Assembly (NCBI GenBank): GCA_030429625.1
Contig: JAUIFA010000001.1
Location: 33,306-97,305 of the forward strand
DNA: 64,000 bases
Direction of reading: 5' to 3'
Source: Alphaproteobacteria bacterium
Lineage (GTDB): Bacteria; Pseudomonadota; Alphaproteobacteria; Rickettsiales; UBA8987
Under the pieces are notes generated by a model that was given only the letters and a program-made list of their open reading frames with translations, ran no database searches and had not been told where the DNA came from. The position numbers were made by a program, and so were the translations under genes. This document shows, piece by piece, positions 19,240 to 26,944 of this stretch. Numbering within the stretch: position 1 is the stretch's first letter; every line of letters starts with the position of its first letter.

Positions 19240-19578
19240 GTGCAAAAACTGACAATATTTATGATCTTATTCTTTTCTTATTCGCAGGCATTTGCCTGTG
19301 GGCCTGTTCATATGCGCCTATTGGAACAGGAATTTAAGCGGCAAGACACAAATAATGATGAAAAAATTTCTTTTGATGAGTGGATGGACAATGTTTCCTA
19401 TCAACTTGCACATAACCCGTTTGCACAAAGTGAAGAAATACAGTCACAAAAAGAAAAAATATTAAGTGAGTCAGAGAAAAGTTTTACAGAAATAGATACA
19501 ATGCAAACAGATGGCTCTATCACTATCGCAGAATACGATACGTGGTTTTCCAAATCAGGAAAATGTATGGATGAATAG
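19240..19578 (+). CDS. Secreted EF-hand calcium-binding protein (paralog 2)
   Basis: 112 aa with a GTG start. Signal peptide ending AFA|C. EF loop DTNNDEKISFDE (nt 19345-19380). Second, degenerate loop TMQTDGSITIAE. C-terminal Cys (GKCMDE). Confidence 0.7.
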   Translation: MQKLTIFMILFFSYSQAFACGPVHMRLLEQEFKRQDTNNDEKISFDEWMDNVSYQLAHNPFAQSEEIQSQKEKILSESEKSFTEIDTMQTDGSITIAEYDTWFSKSGKCMDE

Positions 19579-19598
19579 TTATTATTAAAGGAATGTTT

Positions 19599-19715
19599 AT
19601 GATGAAAACACTGACGATATGTATGATTATTGCTTTACTATGTACTCCTTTGTATGGTTGTGGGGTGCGCGGAGATTTGACCTTGCCAAAGTCACAACAA
19701 ACACAATCCAAATAG
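19599..19715 (+). CDS. lptM: Small lipoprotein, LptM (YifL)-like
   Basis: 38 codons, absent from the ORF track (<60 aa): MMKTLTICMIIALLCTPLYGCGVRGDLTLPKSQQTQSK. Lipobox LYG|C is followed by G-V-R-G-x-L-x-x-P, as in E. coli LptM (GCGLKGPLYFP). AAAGGA lies 7 nt upstream. It sits directly upstream of lysA, as in many proteobacteria. Confidence 0.7.
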   Translation: MMKTLTICMIIALLCTPLYGCGVRGDLTLPKSQQTQSK

Positions 19716-19723
19716 AGTAATAC

Positions 19724-20980
19724 ATGGATCATTTTAACTATTTTGATGGCTCGTTGTGTGCGGAGAATGTGCCGGTGGTAAAAATTGCCAACGACATCGG
19801 CACGCCTTTTTATGTCTATTCTTCTGCCACAATTAAGCGCCATTACGATGTTTTTTCTCAAGCCTTTAAGGCCATTCCCACGCTGATATGTTTTGCGGTG
19901 AAGGCCAATTCAAACCTTGCGGTTTTAAATTTATTGGGTTCCTTGGGAGCTGGGGCGGATACGGTGTCTGAGGGGGAAATTAGACGAGCGCGCGCGGCGG
20001 GCATTGCAGCAGAAAAAATTGTCTTTTCCGGTGTGGGTAAATCACGTGATGAAATCCGTTATGCGTTGGGCGTGGGCATTGCGCAGTTTAACGTGGAGTC
20101 ACGTGAAGAACTCGACATGATCAATGAAGAAGCAGAGATATTGGGCATGCAGGCCAATATTGCCGTTCGGGTCAATCCGGATGTGGATGCCAAAACTCAC
20201 GATAAAATCTCCACTGGCCGCAAAACCGATAAATTTGGTGTGGCGTGGGAAGACATTATTGATGTCTATGAATTTACGAAGACAAAGAAAAACCTTAACG
20301 TGGTTGGGGTGACAACACATATCGGCTCACAACTAACAGATATTAAGCCATTTAAGCAAGCATTTGAGAGGATAAAATCTTTGGTCATTAATCTACGGGA
20401 AAATGGTCACGATATCAGACGCTTGGACTTGGGCGGCGGCTTAGGTATTCCTTACGGCCGCGAAAACCCTCCTTCTCCAGAGGAGTATGCTTCGATGATT
20501 GTTGAGACCATACAAGATCTAAATTGTCAGCTTGTTCTTGAGCCAGGCCGCTTAATTGTTGGCAATGCAGGGATTTTGGTTTCAAAAGTTATTCGTGTTA
20601 AGGATACGAAAGATCGTAAATTTATAGTTATTGATGCTGCGATGAATGATCTGACTCGCCCGAGTATGTATGGTTCATATCATGAAATTATTACGGTTAA
20701 TCAATCTGAGGAAGATTTAGAGGCGGTTGATATTGTCGGCCCGATTTGTGAATCGTCGGATGTGTTTGGCCGTGATCGGCAATTGTCTCCGGTTGCGGTG
20801 GACGATTTGGTGGCATTGCGTTCGGCCGGAGCATATGGGGCAACCATGTCATCGACCTATAATTCACGCCCGCTGATTGCAGAGGTTATTGTCAAGGATA
20901 ACGACTATAAAATTATCCGCAAAAGACAGAGCTATGCAGAATTGTTGGGGCAGGATATAATACCGGATTGGAAGGAATAG
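19724..20980 (+). CDS. lysA: Diaminopimelate decarboxylase
   Basis: 418 aa, a PLP fold-III decarboxylase (FAVKANSN, HIGSQ, DLGGGLGIPY, GPICESSD). Confidence 0.95.
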   Translation: MDHFNYFDGSLCAENVPVVKIANDIGTPFYVYSSATIKRHYDVFSQAFKAIPTLICFAVKANSNLAVLNLLGSLGAGADTVSEGEIRRARAAGIAAEKIVFSGVGKSRDEIRYALGVGIAQFNVESREELDMINEEAEILGMQANIAVRVNPDVDAKTHDKISTGRKTDKFGVAWEDIIDVYEFTKTKKNLNVVGVTTHIGSQLTDIKPFKQAFERIKSLVINLRENGHDIRRLDLGGGLGIPYGRENPPSPEEYASMIVETIQDLNCQLVLEPGRLIVGNAGILVSKVIRVKDTKDRKFIVIDAAMNDLTRPSMYGSYHEIITVNQSEEDLEAVDIVGPICESSDVFGRDRQLSPVAVDDLVALRSAGAYGATMSSTYNSRPLIAEVIVKDNDYKIIRKRQSYAELLGQDIIPDWKE

Positions 20981-20986
20981 GGAAGA

Positions 20987-21643
20987 ATGTTAGGGCAAAT
21001 TGCGGAATTATTTGAACGTGGTGGTTTTGTGATGGTAGTCATCTTTTGTCTGTCCATTTATATGACAGCAGTCATTGTCTTCAAAATATACCAGTTCTAT
21101 CGCATGCAGACCCTTAACCCGCTTTTTGTCAATCAGCTGGAAAAAAACATTGATCTGCACCAATTACGAAGGCATTTGTCCTCGGCCAGTTTTGATAAGA
21201 ATCCGGTGGCCAATGTGATGCTGACCTCATTACTTTCCATAGAAAAATCTTCTCATTCGGAAAATTCGTTTGAAATTTGCCGTGAGGAGGTCAATAGGGT
21301 TGCCTCAGTGGAATTACGTTATTTGGAATCGCACATGCGTGGGCTGGAATTGGTGGCCAATGTCGCGCCGCTTTTGGGGCTTTTAGGAACGGTGGTTGGG
21401 ATGGTTGATGCGTTTTCCCAGCTGGAACTTGCCGGCGCAAAGGTGGATCCGTCGCTGTTGGCCGGTGGCATCTGGGCGGCTTTGCTTACCACGGTTGCAG
21501 GTCTTTCTGTGGCCATACCGGCATTGACGGCGTACAACATTTTCGATGCCAAAATTGATGCGGTGCGGGCAGGTATGCGTGATATTTCCATTCGTATTTT
21601 TTCTCTTAGCAATGAGATTCACAAGAGCAACATTGTGACCTAA
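20987..21643 (+). CDS. exbB: MotA/TolQ/ExbB proton-channel protein
   Basis: 218 aa with LGLLGTVVGMVDAF and GGIWAALLTTVAGLSVAIPA. Confidence 0.85.
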   Translation: MLGQIAELFERGGFVMVVIFCLSIYMTAVIVFKIYQFYRMQTLNPLFVNQLEKNIDLHQLRRHLSSASFDKNPVANVMLTSLLSIEKSSHSENSFEICREEVNRVASVELRYLESHMRGLELVANVAPLLGLLGTVVGMVDAFSQLELAGAKVDPSLLAGGIWAALLTTVAGLSVAIPALTAYNIFDAKIDAVRAGMRDISIRIFSLSNEIHKSNIVT

Positions 21644-21657
21644 ACATTGGATTATGT

Positions 21658-22089
21658 ATGCAGGAAGATCCAAAGCGCAGAAATTTAAAACTCAGCATGA
21701 CCCCGCTTATTGATATGGTGTTTTTGCTGCTGGTGTTTTTTATGCTGACCACCTCTTTTATCAAAAAGGAAGGTCTGGCTTTTTCTCAGAGTACTTCCAA
21801 AGATCAAACATCACAGAGCAGCAACGCAGATAAATTTATCCTGATTTCTTTAGAGGAAAAAGGCACGCTGCTGGTCAATAAAACCAGAAGCCACATAAAC
21901 AATTTTATAAAAATCATCAAACCCTTGCTAACACATGATGGCACACAAAGGATTTTTATTCAGATACTTGGCTCACCAAAAGTACAAGATCTGGTTACGG
22001 TGGTGGACATGCTAAACATTGCCGGAGTGACAAATATTACGTTTATTGATTCCAGCCGTGGGCAGAATTATTTGCTGGGAGGCACATAA
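21658..22089 (+). CDS. exbD: ExbD/TolR biopolymer transport protein
   Basis: 143 aa with the N-terminal LSMTPLIDMVFLLLVFFM TM motif and a periplasmic domain. Confidence 0.8.
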   Translation: MQEDPKRRNLKLSMTPLIDMVFLLLVFFMLTTSFIKKEGLAFSQSTSKDQTSQSSNADKFILISLEEKGTLLVNKTRSHINNFIKIIKPLLTHDGTQRIFIQILGSPKVQDLVTVVDMLNIAGVTNITFIDSSRGQNYLLGGT

Positions 22090-22091
22090 CG

Positions 22092-22532
22092 ATGTCGGGG
22101 AGAGAATCAATATTTGACGACCAAAGCAAAAGAAAAGCCATTCAAACGGATTTGGTTCCGTTGATCAATGTTGTGTTTTTATTGCTGATTTTCTTTTTGG
22201 TGACAGGAAACATCATTCAGTCTTCTGATGCGACCATTGAAAATCCAGACGCGATCACTGGCGATAAAATAAAAGACGATGCTCTGGTTATCCGCATGAC
22301 CTACGACAATAAAATTATTGTCAACGACACGGTACTTTCCAGACAACAGATTATCAATTTAGAGAACTATCTCAAAGACAGCATAAAAGGCAACCCATCA
22401 AGACAAATTTTGATCAATGCGGATGCCCGTATTTCTGCACTTAAATTGGTTCAAATAGTTAACATATTATCCAAGAGTGGGTTGGAAAATATTGCCATAG
22501 CCACACGCGATGGTGTCGGAGGGGATAGGTGA
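22092..22532 (+). CDS. exbD: ExbD/TolR biopolymer transport protein (second copy)
   Basis: 146 aa with TDLVPLINVVFLLLIFFLV and INADARISALKLVQIVNIL. Confidence 0.8.
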   Translation: MSGRESIFDDQSKRKAIQTDLVPLINVVFLLLIFFLVTGNIIQSSDATIENPDAITGDKIKDDALVIRMTYDNKIIVNDTVLSRQQIINLENYLKDSIKGNPSRQILINADARISALKLVQIVNILSKSGLENIAIATRDGVGGDR

Positions 22533-23317
22533 TCAGACATTTTCGTTTCCCTGGGGCAGTGGCAGTTTCCATTATCATTCACATTGTGTTGGTACTCATT
22601 ATCCTGTCGTCGATCGTGCCAAAGAAGAACGTGGAAAAGAAAGACGTTAAATATGTGAAGGTAAAAATTGGTGCTATTGAACAGCCTCCAAAAACAACAC
22701 AGAACCAAAAAGCAAAGGCAAAACAGAGCCAGAAAATCAATCCACCGATTAAACCAACTCCCAAAAAACCCGAGCCAAAAATGGAGCCAAAACCGGTTCC
22801 TGTGGTGCCGAAGAACATTGAGATTCCAAAACCCAAGCCGGCCATGTCTCCGGCGACCCTACCACAGCCTGTTGCCATAAAAAAACAAGAGGCATTGCCG
22901 GTGAAAACCTTGCCTGATCGCACAGAAAAGAAAATAAAAAATGCCCAAACGGACAGAAATGCTCATTACGTTAGGGGTTCAAAACTGGGCAACCGTAAAA
23001 AGACCCAACAGGAAATTATTAAAAACTATAAACAACGGATTGTTCTGTGGTTAGGCAAACATCAGGTCTATCCTGAAGAGGCACAACGCCGTCAGTTGAC
23101 CGGGCTGGCCAAGATGAGTCTCACCATTCGTCGGGATGGAAAGTTGTTAAGTTACATACTTAAAGAAAGCACAGGATATGCGATTCTGGATCAGGCCGTG
23201 CGGGAAATGATTGAACATTCAGACCCGTTTCCTGCCTTCCCAGAGGATTACGAAGACATTGAATATGATACATTTGATCTAAACGCCGAAATTATCATCG
23301 AAAAGCCAGGCTATTGA
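22529..23317 (+). CDS. tonB: TonB energy transducer
   Basis: 262 aa with an N-terminal TM anchor, a Pro/Lys-rich spacer (KPTPKKPEPKMEPKPVPVVPK) and a TonB C-terminal domain (YPEEAQRRQLTGLAKMSLTIRRDGKL). GTG start overlaps the exbD stop. Confidence 0.8.
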   Translation: MIRHFRFPGAVAVSIIIHIVLVLIILSSIVPKKNVEKKDVKYVKVKIGAIEQPPKTTQNQKAKAKQSQKINPPIKPTPKKPEPKMEPKPVPVVPKNIEIPKPKPAMSPATLPQPVAIKKQEALPVKTLPDRTEKKIKNAQTDRNAHYVRGSKLGNRKKTQQEIIKNYKQRIVLWLGKHQVYPEEAQRRQLTGLAKMSLTIRRDGKLLSYILKESTGYAILDQAVREMIEHSDPFPAFPEDYEDIEYDTFDLNAEIIIEKPGY

Positions 23318-23408
23318 GGTAAATCAGCGCCTTATTTGCTTGAACGCTCAAACAGAGTGTTTTATGATGGTGCGGTTATAAAGACATATTGCAAGGAATT
23401 GAGAATAG

Positions 23409-24455
23409 ATGAGTGACGTGAAGAAATATTTTGTTACCGGTGGGGCAGGGTTTATTGCCAGCACCTTTGTGGCACAGCGCATTGCCCAAGGTGATGAGGT
23501 AGTAGTCTATGACGCGCTGACCTATGCCGGGCACAGAGAAAATGTTGATTGGATTGAAGCGCCTGGTGGCAATCTTGAATTTATTGTTGGCAATATTTGT
23601 GACGGTGAGTTTGTCAATCGGTTGCTGAAGGAATATCAGATTGATTATGTGGTTAATTTTGCTGCTGAATCGCATGTGGATAATTCCATTGCCAGTCCTG
23701 GCGAATTTATCACCACCAACGTCAACGGCGTTTATGCCATGCTCGAAGCGTCGCGGAATTATTATGATGGGCTCGATGGGGCAAAGAAAGATGGTTTCCG
23801 TTTTGTACAAGTGTCTACCGATGAGGTGTACGGCACATTAGGTGATACGGGTTATTTTACCGAAGAAACACCCATGAAGCCAAACTCGCCGTATTCAGCC
23901 TCCAAAGCGGCGGGGGATCACTTGGCACGTGCGTGGTTTGAAACCTATGGCCTGCCGACGATTGTTACCAATTGCACGAACAATTACGGCCCAAGGCAGT
24001 TTCCTGAAAAATTGATTCCGTTTATGATCAAACGTGCGTTATCCGGCGGAGTGATGGGTATCTATGGCGACGGCAAAAACATCCGCGATTGGATTCATGT
24101 TGAGGATCATTGCAACGGGGTACAGCTGGCTTTAACCAAAGGAAAAGTTGGGCAGACCTATTGCTTTGGCGGACGGGCGGAGAAAAACAACAATCAGATG
24201 GTGCATATGATTTGCGAATTGCTGGACAAAAAACGCCCAAGAGCGGACGGTAAATCCTATACCAGCCAAATTGAATATGTCAAAGACCGCGCGGGGCATG
24301 ATTTCCGCTATGCGATTGACGACAGCAAGGCGGAAAAAGAATTAGGGTTTGTCCGCAAATACAGCTATGAAAGCGGGATGTCCGCCACGGTGGATTGGTA
24401 TCTGGAGAATCAAGATTGGGTTGCAGCCGTCACGAGCGATAAGAAAGCCGCGTAG
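23409..24455 (+). CDS. rfbB: dTDP-glucose 4,6-dehydratase
   Basis: 348 aa with TGGAGFIAS, STDEVYG and YSASKAAGDH. Confidence 0.95.
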   Translation: MSDVKKYFVTGGAGFIASTFVAQRIAQGDEVVVYDALTYAGHRENVDWIEAPGGNLEFIVGNICDGEFVNRLLKEYQIDYVVNFAAESHVDNSIASPGEFITTNVNGVYAMLEASRNYYDGLDGAKKDGFRFVQVSTDEVYGTLGDTGYFTEETPMKPNSPYSASKAAGDHLARAWFETYGLPTIVTNCTNNYGPRQFPEKLIPFMIKRALSGGVMGIYGDGKNIRDWIHVEDHCNGVQLALTKGKVGQTYCFGGRAEKNNNQMVHMICELLDKKRPRADGKSYTSQIEYVKDRAGHDFRYAIDDSKAEKELGFVRKYSYESGMSATVDWYLENQDWVAAVTSDKKAA

Positions 24456-24477
24456 ATAAAATTATAAAGGAAGGGAT

Positions 24478-25377
24478 ATGAAAGGCATTATTTTAGCAGG
24501 CGGTTCGGGAACGCGTCTCTGGCCGTTGACTAGAATCATCAGCAAGCAGCTTTTACCGATTTACGACAAGCCGATGATTTATTATCCGCTGGCCACCTTA
24601 ATGCGTGCGGGCATTACGGAAGTGTTGATTATCAGCACTCCACGCGATTTGCCGATGATTGAAGAATTGCTCGGCACGGGGCATGATATTGGAATTGAGA
24701 TCTCCTACGCGGTGCAGCCTAGTCCGGATGGCTTGGCGCAGGCGTTTATCATTGGTGAGAAATTTGTTGGAAAAAGCCCTGTCTGTTTGATTCTTGGGGA
24801 CAATATATTTTATGGTGGTAGCCTCAATGATAACTTAGAGAAAGCTTACAAAACCAAAAAAGGCGGGCGGGTGTTTGCCTACCATGTGCACGACCCTGAG
24901 CGTTATGGTGTGGTGGAATTTGATGAGAATAAGAAGGCAATTTCCATTGAAGAAAAACCGGCCAAACCCAAATCACACTGGGCGGTAACGGGGCTTTATT
25001 TTTATGGACCGGAAGTGGTGGACATCGCCAAGAACCTTAAACCATCCGCCCGTGGGGAGTTGGAAATTACTGATGTGAATAAGATCTATCTTGAGCGCGG
25101 TCAGCTTCAGGTGGAAATTATGGGACGCGGTACGGCATGGCTGGATACGGGAACACCGCAATCCATGCTCGAAGCCGCGCAATATATTGGCACGCTGGAA
25201 TCTCGTCAGGGTCTCAAAGCTGCTTGTATTGAGGAAATCGCCTTTGATAAAGGCTATATTGACAAGAAACAACTTCTCAAGCTGGCTGATAAATTCGGCA
25301 AAAAAGGTAAAAATAATTACGGGGATTATCTAAGAGCCATCGCCGCAGAAGGCAGAAGTGCTTATTGGTATCGTTAG
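24478..25377 (+). CDS. rfbA: Glucose-1-phosphate thymidylyltransferase
   Basis: 299 aa with [32 protein letters not shown] and LGDNIF. Confidence 0.95.
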   Translation: MKGIILAGGSGTRLWPLTRIISKQLLPIYDKPMIYYPLATLMRAGITEVLIISTPRDLPMIEELLGTGHDIGIEISYAVQPSPDGLAQAFIIGEKFVGKSPVCLILGDNIFYGGSLNDNLEKAYKTKKGGRVFAYHVHDPERYGVVEFDENKKAISIEEKPAKPKSHWAVTGLYFYGPEVVDIAKNLKPSARGELEITDVNKIYLERGQLQVEIMGRGTAWLDTGTPQSMLEAAQYIGTLESRQGLKAACIEEIAFDKGYIDKKQLLKLADKFGKKGKNNYGDYLRAIAAEGRSAYWYR

Positions 25378-26268
25378 ATGAAAAAGATTCTGGTTACGGG
25401 CAAGAATGGTCAGGTCGGTAAGGCGTATTGCAAGCTGTTGGGGGATAAAGCAATAGGACTGTCTCGTGATGAATTTGATTTGTCAGATCCTGAGTCTCTA
25501 ACCACAAAACTTGAAAAATACAAACCGGATGTGGTAGTTAACTGCGCCGCCTATACGGCGGTAGATAAGGCCGAGGAAGACGAAACCAATGCGTTTTTGA
25601 TCAACGCGCAATCGGTGGGTTATCTGGCGGATTATTGTTTTGCCAACGGCATTCCTCTGGTGCATTTTTCCACGGACTATGTTTTCCCCGGCACGGGAAC
25701 AACGCCATGGAAAGAGGACGATGAAGTCAACCCGCTCAATGCCTATGGGCGGACAAAGCTCGCGGGGGAGAAACACATTGTTGCTGCGGCGGATAGAGCC
25801 GGCAAAGGGAAATGGTTGATTTTTCGTACCAGCTGGGTCTACGACGAGGACGGTAAGAATTTTCTCAATACCATGCTGCGTTTAGGCAAAGAAAAGGAAG
25901 TATTAAGTGTGATTAATGACCAAAGGGGAGCGCCGACCTATGCTTATGACATTGCTGAAAAAAGTTACGAAGTTTTTTGTAAAGCGTGTGATCGGGAAGA
26001 TTTTCCCAGTGGGGTTTATCACCTCTGTGCTTCTGAAGAAACTAGCTGGCATGGCTTTTGTGAGGAAATATTCCGCCAAGTTATGGCACAAGATCAGGAA
26101 TTGGCAGTTAGAGAAGTGATGCCCATTGGCACAAAGGATTATCCGACTCCGGCAAAAAGACCTTTGAATTCCCGCCTGAATATGGATAAATTGAGGCAGG
26201 TATTTGGTGTGGTTATGCCTTCGTGGAAAGACGGTTTAACCCGTTGTTTGGAGAATAAAGGAAAATAA
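25378..26268 (+). CDS. rfbD: dTDP-4-dehydrorhamnose reductase
   Basis: 296 aa with ILVTGKNGQVG, CAAYTAVDKAE, STDYVF and YGRTKLAGE. Confidence 0.93.
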   Translation: MKKILVTGKNGQVGKAYCKLLGDKAIGLSRDEFDLSDPESLTTKLEKYKPDVVVNCAAYTAVDKAEEDETNAFLINAQSVGYLADYCFANGIPLVHFSTDYVFPGTGTTPWKEDDEVNPLNAYGRTKLAGEKHIVAAADRAGKGKWLIFRTSWVYDEDGKNFLNTMLRLGKEKEVLSVINDQRGAPTYAYDIAEKSYEVFCKACDREDFPSGVYHLCASEETSWHGFCEEIFRQVMAQDQELAVREVMPIGTKDYPTPAKRPLNSRLNMDKLRQVFGVVMPSWKDGLTRCLENKGK

Positions 26269-26275
26269 TTTTGTC

Positions 26276-26347
26276 ATTCTGTGAAACGGTAGCTTGCACA
26301 GAATCCATAAGAAAATAGGTCCTGTGCTGATTAATAAATCCACAGGA
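26276..26347 (+). repeat. Two adjacent look-alike hairpins / inverted repeats in the rfbD-rfbC spacer
   Basis: ATTCTGTG (26276-26283), N13, CACAGAAT (26297-26304). Then TCCTGTG (26320-26326), N14, CACAGGA (26341-26347). Both share a CTGTG...CACAG core. Neither is followed by a T-tract. Confidence 0.5.
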
Positions 26348-26374
26348 TGAGATAAAAAATAGAGGGAAAATAAG

Positions 26375-26944
26375 ATGCAGGTGATAGACACACCCTTGGC
26401 AGGAGTTAGAATGGTAGAACTGGACGTCTATGGCGACAGCAGGGGGTTTTTTGTGGAACGCTTTAACCAGCAAAAATTCGCTGAAGCGGGATTGCCTACT
26501 TCTTTTGCCCAAGATAACCACTCCCGTTCGGCGCCGGGGGTGTTGCGTGGGCTACATTTTCAGCCCAACCCACCACAAGGGAAGCTGGTGGGTTGTGTCC
26601 ATGGCAGAATTTGGGACGTGGCAGTGGATATTCGTCCGGCCTCACCCACCTATGGCCAGTATTTCGGCACAGAATTAAGCTGTGAGAACGGTAAATTATT
26701 ATGGATTCCACCGGGATTTGCCCATGGATTTTGTGTGTTGGGGGATCAACCCGCCGATGTGTTCTATAAATGCACGGCTTTGTATAACCCAAAAGGTGAG
26801 ATGGGCATTGCTTGGAACGATAAGGATTTTGCTGTCAAATGGCCGTTTGATCAGATGGTGTTTGAGGGAAAACCTACCACCTCCCAGCGTGATGATGAGC
26901 AGCAATCTTTTGCAGACTATACGAAAAATCCGGCAAAATGGTAA
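26375..26944 (+). CDS. rfbC: dTDP-4-dehydrorhamnose 3,5-epimerase
   Basis: 189 aa, a cupin (DSRGFF.E.F, RGLHFQ, GFAHGF). Confidence 0.93.
   Translation: MQVIDTPLAGVRMVELDVYGDSRGFFVERFNQQKFAEAGLPTSFAQDNHSRSAPGVLRGLHFQPNPPQGKLVGCVHGRIWDVAVDIRPASPTYGQYFGTELSCENGKLLWIPPGFAHGFCVLGDQPADVFYKCTALYNPKGEMGIAWNDKDFAVKWPFDQMVFEGKPTTSQRDDEQQSFADYTKNPAKW

Noticed and set aside
23318-23408. JUMPstart/ops element upstream of rfbB
   Set aside because: The closest string, GGTGCGGTTA, does not match the ops core GGCGGTAG. No support.
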